Notes under the pieces: generated by a model
Told to the model about the DNA's origin: nothing
What the model saw: only the letters and a program-made list of their open reading frames with translations
Database searches by the model: none
Source of the DNA: Bacteroidales bacterium
GTDB taxonomy: Bacteria > Bacteroidota > Bacteroidia > Bacteroidales > UBA10428
Reading direction: 5' to 3'
Assembly (NCBI GenBank): GCA_050295515.1
Contig: JBNKPU010000207.1
Location: forward strand, 1,358-65,357
DNA: 64,000 bases
Translations under genes and position numbers: made by a program
In this document: positions 1 to 10,600 of the stretch, one piece after another
Position numbering within the stretch: position 1 is the stretch's first letter
Layout of the letters: every line of letters starts with the position of its first letter

Positions 1-2
1 TC

Positions 3-452
3 CCAAACAAATATAGTCCTAATGGTACTGTTTTAGTAAACAACTGGCTAACTGTAGGTGCTTCGTACAAAGACCGTAAGAAAAATGATTTTGTCGCCAG
101 CTTTTCAAATTATGGCAAAGAAAACGTGGACTTATTTGCCCCTGGCCATCAGCTGCTTATGTGCAGTCCAGGCAACAAATACGAAATAGCCAGTGGCACA
201 AGCTTTTCAGCCCCAATGGTTACAGGTGCAGCAGCGCTTATTAAGTCTTATTTCCCTGAATTAACAGCCGCGGAAATTAAAGAAGTATTGCTCGAATCAT
301 CAAACAAAGAAGATTCTAAAGTATTGTTACCCGGCACCAACGGAAAAAATAAAGAAATTGTGCAATTTAGTACACTTTCAAAATCCGGTGGCCTGCTTGA
401 TGTTTACAATGCTGTTCTTCTAGCTGAAAAAAAAACTAAATCAAAAGATTAA
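3..452 (+). CDS. Subtilisin-like serine peptidase (S8 family), C-terminal part; 5' end outside window
   Basis: The frame is open from the window edge. Translation ...ASFSNYGKENVDLFAPG...GTSFSAPMVTGAAALIKS carries the S8 catalytic-Ser motif GTSxSxP. The ORF track shows only an internal GTG at 126. Confidence 0.85.
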   Translation, partial: PNKYSPNGTVLVNNWLTVGASYKDRKKNDFVASFSNYGKENVDLFAPGHQLLMCSPGNKYEIASGTSFSAPMVTGAAALIKSYFPELTAAEIKEVLLESSNKEDSKVLLPGTNGKNKEIVQFSTLSKSGGLLDVYNAVLLAEKKTKSKD

Positions 453-471
453 CACCTTTTTTATACCATCG

Positions 472-505
472 AAAGGCCTTGTGTAAATGCAAGGCCTTTT
501 TTTAT
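472..505. terminator. Bidirectional hairpin terminator between convergent genes
   Basis: AAGGCCTTG (473-481) pairs with CAAGGCCTT (490-498) and is followed by a T-run. It lies between the peptidase stop and the helicase stop. Confidence 0.6.
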
Positions 506-1917
506 TCCTGAACATATTCATCCTTAAAATTAACAAGGTAAGTTTTCTTGCTTGCACGGGTTATTGCAGTATATAGCCACCTCAAATATTCCTTGTTTAT
601 CATTTCATCCGTGAGATATCCAGCATCTATAAACACTTCGCTCCACTGACCACCCTGTGATTTATGACAGGTAATAGCATAAGCATATTTAACCTGTAAA
701 GCATTAAAATAGGCATTGTTTTTTACTTGATCGTATTGCTTTTTCCTGGGTGCAATGTCCGCATAATCCTCTAAAATAGAATAGAATAGCTTTTTATTTT
801 CTTCACTTGTTAGAGAAGCCGCTTGTGAATGAAGCGAATCAAGAAGAAGATTGGCCTCAACTTCCAGATTATAATCAATTAACCGCAGGTTACATTTAGC
901 AAACCTGAAACCGTATAATTCTTTATATTGTATTACTTTCAATACCTCTACTATATCACCGTTGGCAATAAAATCCGCTTTAGAGTATTCGCTTAACCAA
1001 AAATAATTGTTTTTCACAACCATAAGCAGATCGCCTGAAGAAAGTTCTTCATCTCTCCAAAGCACCTGGTTTCGGATTCCCTGATTATAAGTATTGGCCC
1101 TTTTATTTGACCTGCAAATAACTAATGTATCCTCATTACTCCTTTTAGAATATGAATCATTCAGCAATTCAATTAGCTCTGTTCCTGATATCTTCAAAAT
1201 ATCTGAAAATCCTTTTACAGAAAACAAGGGCAAGGAAAAATCATCCTTGGCTATCTTATCCCTTATATGTGTAGCTGTACGCAATATACCTGATCCACTT
1301 GCTTGTCTTACAACATCTTTTAAGTAAACTACCTTTACATCGAAACCATACCCATGAAGCGACCTTTCGTCTAAAGCCGGACTAACTTCCAGACCTACTG
1401 GTGGCAATTGAGCCACATCGCCAACAAGAATAAGTTTACACCCTTTATCATTGTTTACATATTCCAATAGGTCCTGCAATAAATATCCTGTACCGAATAT
1501 ACTCCCTTCAGCTTGTTGATTGGATATCATTGAAGCTTCATCCACAATAAATATAGTCCTGGTATGCAAATTTTTTTCAAGTTCAAAACGTCCAAAACCA
1601 TCCTTTGATGTCTTCTGCCGATAAATTTTTTTGTGAATGGTAAAGGCTGTAGTCTCTGCATAGGAAGAGAAAACTTTGGCTGCCCTGCCGGTAGGGGCCA
1701 ATAACACCACCTTAAAACCATTCTTCTTAAGAACTCTAACATAAGCACTTAAGGCTGTGGTTTTACCGGTTCCAGCATATCCTTTTACTAACAATATTTC
1801 TTTCAGGTGCATATCAACCGTAAAATTGGCAAGATTTTTGAGCAACTCAGTCTGTGAAGAAGTAGGCTCATGTCTTATCTCTTCAAGTAATTTAGATATA
1901 ATCTGATTTTTTAACAT
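502..1917 (-). CDS. RecD-like / AAA_30 superfamily-1 DNA helicase
   Basis: Walker A GYAGTGKTT, Walker B IFIVDEASMI, and C-terminal AITCHKSQGGQW (UvrD_C_2-like T-x-HK-x-QG). Confidence 0.8.
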   Translation of the reverse strand: MLKNQIISKLLEEIRHEPTSSQTELLKNLANFTVDMHLKEILLVKGYAGTGKTTALSAYVRVLKKNGFKVVLLAPTGRAAKVFSSYAETTAFTIHKKIYRQKTSKDGFGRFELEKNLHTRTIFIVDEASMISNQQAEGSIFGTGYLLQDLLEYVNNDKGCKLILVGDVAQLPPVGLEVSPALDERSLHGYGFDVKVVYLKDVVRQASGSGILRTATHIRDKIAKDDFSLPLFSVKGFSDILKISGTELIELLNDSYSKRSNEDTLVICRSNKRANTYNQGIRNQVLWRDEELSSGDLLMVVKNNYFWLSEYSKADFIANGDIVEVLKVIQYKELYGFRFAKCNLRLIDYNLEVEANLLLDSLHSQAASLTSEENKKLFYSILEDYADIAPRKKQYDQVKNNAYFNALQVKYAYAITCHKSQGGQWSEVFIDAGYLTDEMINKEYLRWLYTAITRASKKTYLVNFKDEYVQE

Positions 1918-2016
1918 TAATTAATCTTCTGGTATTTATTCAATAGTGAATCTGATTTTTTTTGTTAAATTCGCAACAATTCAAAAGTAAGTATAACAGA
2001 ATTAAAAATACACCTT

Positions 2017-2730
2017 ATGACCACTTATGTAATCATATTAATTGCGGTTATCCTTTTGGGTATTCCAACAGTTATTGTTGTTAACAAATACCCCAAATCC
2101 AGAATCATTTTTCAGGTATTGTTTCTTTCGTTAATTGTTGTTTTTGGATATCTGCTTTATAGAAATATCCAGAAACCAATCAAATTTGACAAGGAAGTTG
2201 AGAAAAGAGAGAAAGCAATTGTTCAACGTTTAAAGGATATCCGTAGCATCCAGATTATATATAAAGACAAGTACGGTAAATTCACAGGTAGTTTTGATAC
2301 CTTAGTTTCTTTTGTAAAATCTGATTCCTTAGCAATTGATAAAATTGTCTACAATGGTGTTTGGAACCAAGACGAAATGACAAAAGCTGAAGCAATTAAA
2401 AAAGGGGTTATTAAAATCGAACAATCATTTGTTCCTGCTTATGATTCGCTTTGGAAAGATAAAGGTACTTATCCAATTGGAGACATCAGGTATGCTCCAT
2501 ATACCAATAATGTAGAATTTGCTATAGGTGCTGGTGAAGTTGAAACAGCTTCGAAAGTAAAAGTTAATGTTTTTGAATGCTATGTGAAATACGATGACAT
2601 GTTGATCGGCCTTGATGAGCAGTTGACCGTTAACTATATTGATTCCAAAACAACAAATGACAAGTTTGATGGCCTTAAGGTTGGTTCGCTTACCGAAGCT
2701 ACCAACAATGCCGGAAACTGGGAACAATAA
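2017..2730 (+). CDS. Hypothetical membrane-anchored protein
   Basis: 237-aa ORF with two N-terminal hydrophobic helices, tightly spaced with the following gene. No recognisable motif. Confidence 0.55.
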   Translation: MTTYVIILIAVILLGIPTVIVVNKYPKSRIIFQVLFLSLIVVFGYLLYRNIQKPIKFDKEVEKREKAIVQRLKDIRSIQIIYKDKYGKFTGSFDTLVSFVKSDSLAIDKIVYNGVWNQDEMTKAEAIKKGVIKIEQSFVPAYDSLWKDKGTYPIGDIRYAPYTNNVEFAIGAGEVETASKVKVNVFECYVKYDDMLIGLDEQLTVNYIDSKTTNDKFDGLKVGSLTEATNNAGNWEQ

Positions 2731-2745
2731 CAGACTTACAAATTT

Positions 2746-3579
2746 ATGCAAGACATAAGCTTTGTAAATCCACTAATAAATAAAATTAAAGAACAGGAAA
2801 TATCCATTCAGGCAAGCCTGAGTGGATATTCTTTTTACATATCATCAGCTATTGACCATAAATGCTTGCATTTCAAACATGTTGCATTTAGAAACATTAT
2901 GCTGGTCGATGAGCTTTTTCGTAAAATTGAGCAGCTAACTGAAGAACTTGCCTATCTGGACAAGAAATTTGAACAGGTAAACATTTCCTATATCAGTCAG
3001 AATACGACGCTGGTGCCTCAGGAATATTTTGATCCTTCTCAATTGAAATCCTTGTTTGAATTTAACCAGAACCTTGGTGAACTTGACGAAATTCATTATT
3101 CATTTATTCCTGAGATAAATGCTTACAATGTATTTAGCATTCCTAACTTTCTTTCAAATATATTTTATTCCAAAGGGCAGAAAAGCTCATTTAACCATCA
3201 AACAACCAACCTAATCAAATTAGGATACGAAAAAATGATGGAGACCCGGGAGTTGCCCTGCATTATACTGGGCCTGAACAAGACTTTTTTTGATATGGTC
3301 GTATTTGATGATTCTCAATTGATACTGTGCAATTCCTTTTCATATACAAATTCGATGGATTTTATCTATTTTTATTTTTACACCCTTAAACAACTTAAAA
3401 TAGATGAAAAAAAATGCAAGACTTTCATTCTGGGTGAAATGATTTCTGAAAAGAATTTTATTGATGAAATAGGAAAGCAGATTAGTCACGTGTCTGTCCC
3501 AAAAATTAAAAAATCCGGAATTTGCCAGAATATGCATGATAATGAAATTGCCCGTTTTTACCCCCTCTTTATTGACTAA
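2746..3579 (+). CDS. Conserved hypothetical protein (DUF3822-like)
   Basis: 277-aa ORF ending 3 nt before rsmD. From memory, DUF3822 genes typically sit directly upstream of rsmD in Bacteroidota. The assignment is not verified. Confidence 0.5.
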   Translation: MQDISFVNPLINKIKEQEISIQASLSGYSFYISSAIDHKCLHFKHVAFRNIMLVDELFRKIEQLTEELAYLDKKFEQVNISYISQNTTLVPQEYFDPSQLKSLFEFNQNLGELDEIHYSFIPEINAYNVFSIPNFLSNIFYSKGQKSSFNHQTTNLIKLGYEKMMETRELPCIILGLNKTFFDMVVFDDSQLILCNSFSYTNSMDFIYFYFYTLKQLKIDEKKCKTFILGEMISEKNFIDEIGKQISHVSVPKIKKSGICQNMHDNEIARFYPLFID

Positions 3580-3582
3580 ACT

Positions 3583-4122
3583 ATGCGCATAATAAGCGGC
3601 AAATATAAAGGAAGATATATTCCTGTAAGAAAGAACTTCAAAGCCCGACCCACCACCGATTTTGCCAAAGAAAATATTTTTAATGTCTTAAATAACCATT
3701 TTGACTTTGAAGAAACAGCTGTATTAGACCTTTTTGGCGGAACAGGAAGCATAAGTTTTGAGTTTGCTTCGAGAGGGTGTCCCCGGATAGTAACAATAGA
3801 AAAAGATTTCAAGTCTTTCAACTTTATCAAAAAAACAGCAGCAGACCTGGGCATGAAGGAGTTAAAAGCAATCAGGGCAGATGTCTTCAAGTTTATTCCT
3901 AAGTGCAGTACTACTTTTGATATAGTATTTGCTGACCCCCCCTATGAATTAGTTAATTTAGACCAAATACCTGAATTGGTTATTAACAGTACTGTATTAA
4001 ATAAAGATGCCTGGTTTATTTTAGAACATGGCAAAAAACATAATTTTGAAAATAATACGTATTTAATTGATAAAAGGACTTACGGAAGCGTGCATTTAAG
4101 CATATTCCAGAAAAAAGATTAG
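3583..4122 (+). CDS. rsmD: 16S rRNA (guanine966-N2)-methyltransferase RsmD
   Basis: SAM-binding DLFGGTGSISFEFASRG and catalytic DPPY (VFADPPYE). Size of 179 aa is typical. Confidence 0.85.
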   Translation: MRIISGKYKGRYIPVRKNFKARPTTDFAKENIFNVLNNHFDFEETAVLDLFGGTGSISFEFASRGCPRIVTIEKDFKSFNFIKKTAADLGMKELKAIRADVFKFIPKCSTTFDIVFADPPYELVNLDQIPELVINSTVLNKDAWFILEHGKKHNFENNTYLIDKRTYGSVHLSIFQKKD

Positions 4123-4149
4123 AAAAAACGCATAAAAATTGATTTTGTG

Positions 4150-4180
4150 TTTGCAGGTTAAAAAATAACGGTTATTTTTG
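4150..4180 (+). promoter_or_regulatory. Candidate Bacteroidota promoter for tRNA-Asp
   Basis: TTTG at 4150-4153 and TATTTTTG at 4173-4180 match the -33 TTTG / -7 TAnnTTTG consensus with 19-nt spacing, about 60 nt upstream of the tRNA. Confidence 0.35.
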
Positions 4181-4242
4181 CAGCGCATTCAAACAAAACG
4201 GACTTACAGTTCAGCCTTAACCGGCAGTTTGAAAGGCAAAAC

Positions 4243-4316
4243 GGTTTGGTAGTTCAGTTGGTTAGAATACATGCCTGTCACGCATGGGGTCGCGGGTTCG
4301 AGTCCCGTCCAGACCG
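4243..4316 (+). tRNA. tRNA-Asp (anticodon GTC)
   Basis: 7-bp acceptor stem GGTTTGG/CCAGACC with one G-U pair, D-loop AGTTCAGTTGGTTAGA, anticodon loop CTGTCAC, and T-arm GGGTTCGAGTCCC. Confidence 0.93.
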
Positions 4317-4321
4317 CTAAA

Positions 4322-4347
4322 GTCGTCCTTTTGGACGGCTTTTTTTT
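4322..4347 (+). terminator. Rho-independent terminator after tRNA-Asp
   Basis: GTCGTCC-TTTT-GGACGGC hairpin followed by T8. Confidence 0.7.
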
Positions 4348-4633
4348 ATGCCCCCCACCAAAATCAAGCAATAAAAAATGGCTTGAACGTTTTAATTCGT
4401 TAACAACAATTGCTAATTTAGAAACTGATATAAAACTATGGGGTCAAACCATATTTCTCCCATCCACTTTCCATCGCTGGAAGGCAAGCTGATTTTACCA
4501 ACAAAATTTTAAAATAAAAAAAATACTATTTACCTTTATCAAAGTAAGCTTTTAGACATCATCAATACACACATTAATTATTCGTATTATTAATATCATC
4601 AGTTCACAAAACCTCAAGAAAACAAAGTACATT

Positions 4634-6160
4634 ATGAAATTTAAATTAGTTTTTCTTCAATTAATCTTCTCGGTGAGTTTATTTTCGCAAAACACCTTGG
4701 AATTAAAGTTTGATTCAATTAACACAAAAATTAACAAAGAAATTTACGGGCATTTTTCTGAACACCTGGGAACATGCATTTATGAAGGAATATATGTTGG
4801 TGAAGATTCTGAAATACCAAATATTAATGGATACAGAAAAGATGTTGTAGAAGCCTTTAAAGAACTAAAAGTACCCGTTTTGAGATGGCCCGGAGGCTGT
4901 TTTGCTGACACATATCACTGGAAAGATGGAATTGGTCCGAAGGAAGACCGCCCTTCAATTGTCAATGTTTTTTGGGGAGGAGTAACAGAAGACAATAGTT
5001 TTGGAACTCATGAGTTCCTGAATTTTTGCGAGTTAATTGGAACAGAACCTTATTTAAGTATAAATGTTGGATCAGGAACTGTACAAGAAGCAACTGAATG
5101 GGTAGAATATGTTACTTCAAGCAATAAAAGTCCAATGACGGATCTACGTAAGAAAAATGGAAGAGAAGAACCATGGGATGTGAAATTTTGGGGTGTCGGA
5201 AATGAAAACTGGGGGTGCGGAGGTGAAATGGCACCCGACTATTATGCAAATATTTTTAGAAATTACTCGGCTTACATAAAAGGAAATAATTTCCAAAAAG
5301 TTATTTGCGGACCATCTGCAAATGATACAAACTGGACGAAAACCATTCTTGCAGGACTAGATGGAAAACTGTATCTCACACAAGGTCTTTCAATGCATTA
5401 TTATACATTGCCCACTGGAGACTGGAGAAGTAAAGGATCATCTATCAACTTTGAGGAAGATATGTGGTTTGCTACTATAAGCAACACTATGTATATTGAA
5501 GATTATATAAAGCAACATTTAAAGGTATTGGATAAATTTGATCCTGAAGGAAAAATTAAATTGATCGTTGATGAATGGGGTACCTGGTACGATAAACTAC
5601 CAGGGACTAAAGATGGTTTTTTACAACAACAGAATACGGTTAGAGATGCTTTAGTCGCAGGAATCAATTTGAACATATTTAACAATCATGCGGATCGGAT
5701 AAGCATGGCAAACATTGCCCAGATTGTTAATGTATTGCAATCGGTCATTTTAACAAAAGGACCAGAAATGGTAAAAACACCTACTTATTATGCCTTTAAA
5801 ATGTACAATGTCCATCAAGATGCGATTCTTGTGCCAACATTTTTACAAACAGAAGAATATACTTATAACAAAAAATCAATCCCAGCGATTACTGCCTCTG
5901 CTTCAATGAAAGAGGGTGTGGTCAGCATTACAATAACAAATGCCAATCCAAATAAGGCCGAAAGTATAGATTGCCTGTTGGGAAAAGATTTTAAATCAGC
6001 TACAGGTAAAATTCTCAATGGAAAAAAGTTTACAGACTATAACGACTTTAACTCAGAAGAGAAAGTTTTTATTTCTGATTTTAAACTGGACAAAGTAAAA
6101 GATGGGAAATTAAGTGTTGCAGTTCCAGCTCATTCAGTTCTTTTAATCCAACTGCAGTAG
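4634..6160 (+). CDS. Alpha-L-arabinofuranosidase, GH51
   Basis: Signal peptide; IYGHFSEHLG..CIY.GIYVG N-terminal signature; acid/base GNENWGCGG; nucleophile region IVDEWGTW. Confidence 0.9.
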   Translation: MKFKLVFLQLIFSVSLFSQNTLELKFDSINTKINKEIYGHFSEHLGTCIYEGIYVGEDSEIPNINGYRKDVVEAFKELKVPVLRWPGGCFADTYHWKDGIGPKEDRPSIVNVFWGGVTEDNSFGTHEFLNFCELIGTEPYLSINVGSGTVQEATEWVEYVTSSNKSPMTDLRKKNGREEPWDVKFWGVGNENWGCGGEMAPDYYANIFRNYSAYIKGNNFQKVICGPSANDTNWTKTILAGLDGKLYLTQGLSMHYYTLPTGDWRSKGSSINFEEDMWFATISNTMYIEDYIKQHLKVLDKFDPEGKIKLIVDEWGTWYDKLPGTKDGFLQQQNTVRDALVAGINLNIFNNHADRISMANIAQIVNVLQSVILTKGPEMVKTPTYYAFKMYNVHQDAILVPTFLQTEEYTYNKKSIPAITASASMKEGVVSITITNANPNKAESIDCLLGKDFKSATGKILNGKKFTDYNDFNSEEKVFISDFKLDKVKDGKLSVAVPAHSVLLIQLQ

Positions 6161-6260
6161 CACTTTTTACATTATCCAAATTTAATGAGAATTATAGTTA
6201 GTAGGACAAAAAAGGATTTTTGTCTGGGAATATCTCATATTGGTTTATAAAGCGATTCTT

Positions 6261-6302
6261 TACTGGCATTAAAAGCAAGTATTCCAGCTTTTAATGCCAG
6301 TA
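6261..6302. terminator. Bidirectional terminator between convergent genes
   Basis: Perfect 16-bp stem TACTGGCATTAAAAGC / GCTTTTAATGCCAGTA. A second hairpin GACAAAAA/TTTTTGTC lies at about 6206-6230. Confidence 0.65.
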
Positions 6303-6384
6303 AAATTATCTACTTTGCCAACTACTCCACCTATATTCTTTGAATACAGATATTACTCAGTCAGCCCACAATGCAAAAAAATTG

Positions 6385-9300
6385 CTAAATAACCATTCCT
6401 ATTTTTCTGATTAGTTCGTTGTGGTCAATTGGTTTCGAAATAATCTGGTCGAATATTTTATTTTTCAGTTGATCTCCATCAAATGTAAAGTTAAATGCCG
6501 TTTGGGCGATAATCGGTATGTGCGGATGATGGGATTTAATTTGTTTTGCTGCCTCATCGCCTGTCATTAAAGGCATTTTGATATCCATTATAATAATATC
6601 GGGCTCGATATTATTTACCATATCGCAGGCTTCCAGCCCATTTCTGGCCCAGGATATATTCACATCATATTCTGATAAATAAGCCAGCAAAAGCTTATAA
6701 TTGGACTCTTCATCTTCAGCTATTAAGATATTCAATCCATTTAAATCAACTGTTTCTTCTAAGTTCTGCTTTTTGCTTGGTTTATCCGTTTGCTTCTTGC
6801 TAACCGGATGTGTAAAGAAGAATATCGATCCTTTGTTTTCAATTGATTCAAACCAAAGTTTTCCTCCCCAAAGACCTATAATACTATTACAGATTGTAAG
6901 TCCAAGACCAGCACCTCTGTACAAATTGTCCGGATCATCTTCAATCTTTGCAAAATGTCCGAAAATTTCCTCTCCCTTTTTAGCTGGTATTCCAATGCCT
7001 GTATCTTTTACAAAAATTGTCAGTTCCTGATCTGTAATACTATGAACTCCCAATTCTATTAGCCCCTCACAAGTGAATTTTGTAGCATTGGACAAGAGAT
7101 TGACAATTACTTGTTCAAATCTAATTTCATCCGTTTCAACAAGCAAATCATTTTTTAGCCTTTCAATATTTAGCTTTAATTCATTTTTCGGATTATTATA
7201 TTCAGCTTGGAACTTTACGAATGTTTCAAGCAATAAATCTTTAAGGTTAAAAAGATCTTTATTTAAAGCTAATTGATTGGATTGAAACTTTGACAGGTCC
7301 AAAATATTATTGATCAAATTCAATAAGGATTCGCCACTTCCCACAATAACATCAATATACTGGTCCCTTACTTCATTATCAAAGTATTGATCCTTCAATA
7401 AGGAGGAAAAACCCATTATGGCATTTAAGGGAGTTCGTATTTCATGAGACACATTAGCTAAAAAGGAACTTTTTAACCTATCCGATTCCTCAGCCTTTAT
7501 CAATGCTTTATTTAACTCAGCAGTTCTTTCCTCCACAAGTACTTCAAGTTTATTCCGGTGCAAATCCAATTCCTTGTTCTGAGCAATTACTTTTTCCTGT
7601 ATTTCGAGCAAACTTTTGTTTGTAATCTCCAATGATTCTTTTTGATTGGTCAGTTCCTCACGGTGCTCCATCAACATATAATTGGCATCTTGTAACTCCG
7701 AAGTACGTTTATCAACCATTTTTTCCAACTGTGTATTCAACTTATTTACGCGCCGGAACCTCCATCTGAAAACAATTACGACCGTTACAATCAAAAGAAG
7801 AATCAACCCTACTTTAAACCATGGAGTTTTCCAGAATGGTGGCAAGATTTTAATTGTAATTGACACCTCATCCTCCAGACTACAAAGAATACCATCGTTA
7901 TTAGTGGCTTTAAGCCTAAACGTATATTCACCAGGAGCCAATCCGGTAAAGGAGGCCCATCCCCGATTTAGCTCAATAGGCACCCATTCATCTTTGTATC
8001 CTTCAAGCATGTACCAAAATCTATTATTCTCTGGTACTGCATAATGCATGGCTGAAAACTGGAATTCAAAATCGTTTTCATAATACTTTAATTCCAAATA
8101 CGCTGTTTTCCAAATTTGTTTGTTCAACAAGATCCTTCCATTTAAAGTATCGCCTGGTAAGATTGTTGAGTTGCTCACACGTAAATTCGTTATGGTAGGC
8201 TTTGCCGGATAAGGATTTTGGGTAAAATTCTCTGGTTTGAAATACAAAAGCCCTTTGGGGGAACCAATGTAAATGGTTCCATCCTTGCCAAGGCTGCTTG
8301 CTGTAGTATTAAATTCGTTTGCTGGTAAACCATCTCCCTGATTATAAAACACACACTCGCCTGTATAGGTATTATAGTATATTAGGCCATTGTCTGAAGC
8401 CATCCAGTAATCTCCATGATTATCTTGAATTATACTGTATATGCTGTAGTTAAACAAATTGTGTTTTACCAGACTAAACTTTTCAGTTTTTTTATTAAAA
8501 CGGTTTAACCCTAAGGTTGTACCAATAAGAAATGTACTGTCCGATTCCTCAAATATAACATAAACACCATTACCACTTATACTGTTATTATCTCCATCCT
8601 TATGAGTATATCTTTTAACTGTATTGTTTTCAGTATCATGCCTGGCAAGTCCCCCATTATAAGATCCCGACCATAACATTCCCTCTTTGTCAATAAAAAC
8701 AGTTCTGTAAAATCCCTGATCGGGATTGTGTGGATCAAACATATAGGAGTAAGGAACTATTTTCCCGGTTTTTCTCTCCCATTTTTGAATACCTATAGTT
8801 GAGGCAAACCAAATATTTCCTTGTTTATCTTCAACAAACTTGCGCACACCCCAGAACCATTCTCTGTAATCATCGTGTTCCGAAAAATTACTTGAATAGG
8901 TAATCTCCAGTGTTTTCGGATCGATACGTTCAATACCTGCTCCATAGCTTCCCACCCAAATATCACCATGACTGTCTTCATACAGGGCTGAAAAATTAAC
9001 TTGAAAGTTTTTAATCTGCACCGGCACATAATTATCTGAGTTTTTGTCAATCCGGATAATAGATTTTCCATATTCCCCAACCCAGAGAAAGCCTTGGCTA
9101 TCTTCCATGACAGCTGTTATATTTGTACCTGAAAAAACGTTATTGGTCTGTTTTGGATTAGTAAATTGTTTCCTGAAGGGTTTTTGGTTCAATTCGGCTT
9201 TATCCAAGCCTCTCCTGTAGTTACTAACCCACAGATTATTCGTCTCGTCTATGAAGATATAGTTAATGGTATTTGAGGATAAGGATTGTTCTTGAAGTAC

Positions 9301-10344
9301 ATCATTCTTGTAGTGAATTAATCCGTTAGTTGGACTGAACATATCTAATCCCAAAGTTGATGATATCCATAGATTGCCAGATTTATCTTCAGCCATTCTT
9401 AAGAAATCTGCATTTTCTTGCGAATCAAATAAGAAATATTTGGTATAATCCTTAACCTGGTTGTTTTCATTATCTAAAAAATAAAGTGTATTGCCCACGG
9501 AGGAATACAAGTAAACATTTTCCTTTTTATCTATGTAAACTGCCTTGAATCCAACCTGATCCTTAAAGTAGTTGGTCAATTTTCCATTGGAAACATCGTA
9601 ACAAAACACCCCCTTATTCAAGGTTGTAAACCATAACTTACTCGTTCTATTGGATGATATTGAAGTTATATTCATAAAATCCAACTCAGGTTTATCAACT
9701 ATTTCCCCTAAAGATTGTATTGACAATCCATCTTTTTTAATACATCCAATTCCTCTTGTCGAAAGCAACCAGATATTTCCAAAACTATCATCCGAAAATT
9801 GGATTACATTGTTCCCAGGGTGTGTTGTATCATTTATCCTATCAGTGAGTATAGGGATAAAACTATCTGAATTATTATCGTATAGCTCAACTCCTGAATT
9901 AGTTCCTATCCATAAAGTAGAATCATGATCCTCGAAAAAACAATTGATCAATAAACTTGATATCGATCCAGATCCGACAGAATTGGTTCCATAATTATAA
10001 AATTTCCCGGTTTCAATCTCCATCCTATTGAGTGCATTCTCAGTAAATTTCACCCACAGATTGCCATGTAAATCGGCATACATTGAGCTAACGTGTTTAT
10101 AGCTTATACTATTGTTATTTAATGGATTGGGCTGGTATAAATTAAATCGATAACCATCGAAACGCACAATTCCCAGATGGGTACCAAACCACATAAAACC
10201 ATTATTATCCTGCACAATAGACAATATAAAATCATTAGGCAATCCATTAATGGTTGAATAATGGGTGAACCTTACAGGAATATTTGCATTAGAAAACACT
10301 GAAAAAAAGACACTTATACAGAAAAATAAAAGGTATTTTCTCAT
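6385..10344 (-). CDS. Hybrid sensor histidine kinase/response regulator with periplasmic beta-propeller + Y_Y_Y sensor; no DNA-binding output
   Basis: Repeated two-component-regulator propeller repeats (..G.LW.GT..GL..) and a TM helix. H-box SHEIRTPLNAIMGF; N/G boxes LLSNATKFT, DTGIGI, GAGLGL; receiver IIMDIKMPLMTG. The track start at 10407 is a TTG; the ATG at 10344 (MRKYLLFF..SNA signal) is preferred. Confidence 0.9.
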   Translation of the reverse strand: MRKYLLFFCISVFFSVFSNANIPVRFTHYSTINGLPNDFILSIVQDNNGFMWFGTHLGIVRFDGYRFNLYQPNPLNNNSISYKHVSSMYADLHGNLWVKFTENALNRMEIETGKFYNYGTNSVGSGSISSLLINCFFEDHDSTLWIGTNSGVELYDNNSDSFIPILTDRINDTTHPGNNVIQFSDDSFGNIWLLSTRGIGCIKKDGLSIQSLGEIVDKPELDFMNITSISSNRTSKLWFTTLNKGVFCYDVSNGKLTNYFKDQVGFKAVYIDKKENVYLYSSVGNTLYFLDNENNQVKDYTKYFLFDSQENADFLRMAEDKSGNLWISSTLGLDMFSPTNGLIHYKNDVLQEQSLSSNTINYIFIDETNNLWVSNYRRGLDKAELNQKPFRKQFTNPKQTNNVFSGTNITAVMEDSQGFLWVGEYGKSIIRIDKNSDNYVPVQIKNFQVNFSALYEDSHGDIWVGSYGAGIERIDPKTLEITYSSNFSEHDDYREWFWGVRKFVEDKQGNIWFASTIGIQKWERKTGKIVPYSYMFDPHNPDQGFYRTVFIDKEGMLWSGSYNGGLARHDTENNTVKRYTHKDGDNNSISGNGVYVIFEESDSTFLIGTTLGLNRFNKKTEKFSLVKHNLFNYSIYSIIQDNHGDYWMASDNGLIYYNTYTGECVFYNQGDGLPANEFNTTASSLGKDGTIYIGSPKGLLYFKPENFTQNPYPAKPTITNLRVSNSTILPGDTLNGRILLNKQIWKTAYLELKYYENDFEFQFSAMHYAVPENNRFWYMLEGYKDEWVPIELNRGWASFTGLAPGEYTFRLKATNNDGILCSLEDEVSITIKILPPFWKTPWFKVGLILLLIVTVVIVFRWRFRRVNKLNTQLEKMVDKRTSELQDANYMLMEHREELTNQKESLEITNKSLLEIQEKVIAQNKELDLHRNKLEVLVEERTAELNKALIKAEESDRLKSSFLANVSHEIRTPLNAIMGFSSLLKDQYFDNEVRDQYIDVIVGSGESLLNLINNILDLSKFQSNQLALNKDLFNLKDLLLETFVKFQAEYNNPKNELKLNIERLKNDLLVETDEIRFEQVIVNLLSNATKFTCEGLIELGVHSITDQELTIFVKDTGIGIPAKKGEEIFGHFAKIEDDPDNLYRGAGLGLTICNSIIGLWGGKLWFESIENKGSIFFFTHPVSKKQTDKPSKKQNLEETVDLNGLNILIAEDEESNYKLLLAYLSEYDVNISWARNGLEACDMVNNIEPDIIIMDIKMPLMTGDEAAKQIKSHHPHIPIIAQTAFNFTFDGDQLKNKIFDQIISKPIDHNELIRKIGMVI

Positions 10345-10600
10345 GGATTTTAAAATACAAAAAATCATTCTTTTATTAACAATATTTCGACAAAATAATT
10401 TAGTCAAGAAGATATTTTAATATCGAACATTAAGTTACCTAATAATTAGCAATCTATAATGGAATATTTCTTAATCTGTATGATTTTTCTAGAAAACACA
10501 ACTAACCCATGACATATATATGAATCTAAGATTCATTTCATTCCATAGTCGCAGACAATAATAAAAGTTTATTTTAGCAGATATAAACATATAAACAACC

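Noticed and set aside
4271-4492. 73-aa plus-strand ORF
   Set aside because: It starts inside tRNA-Asp and runs through its terminator, so it is a spurious translation of RNA-gene sequence.
6701-9928. Several 60-120-aa ORFs antisense to the hybrid kinase gene; similar antisense ORFs lie inside GH2, the MCP, the LRR gene, both RND genes and the SusC-like gene
   Set aside because: All are embedded opposite long, motif-supported genes, have low-complexity translations and lack independent signals.
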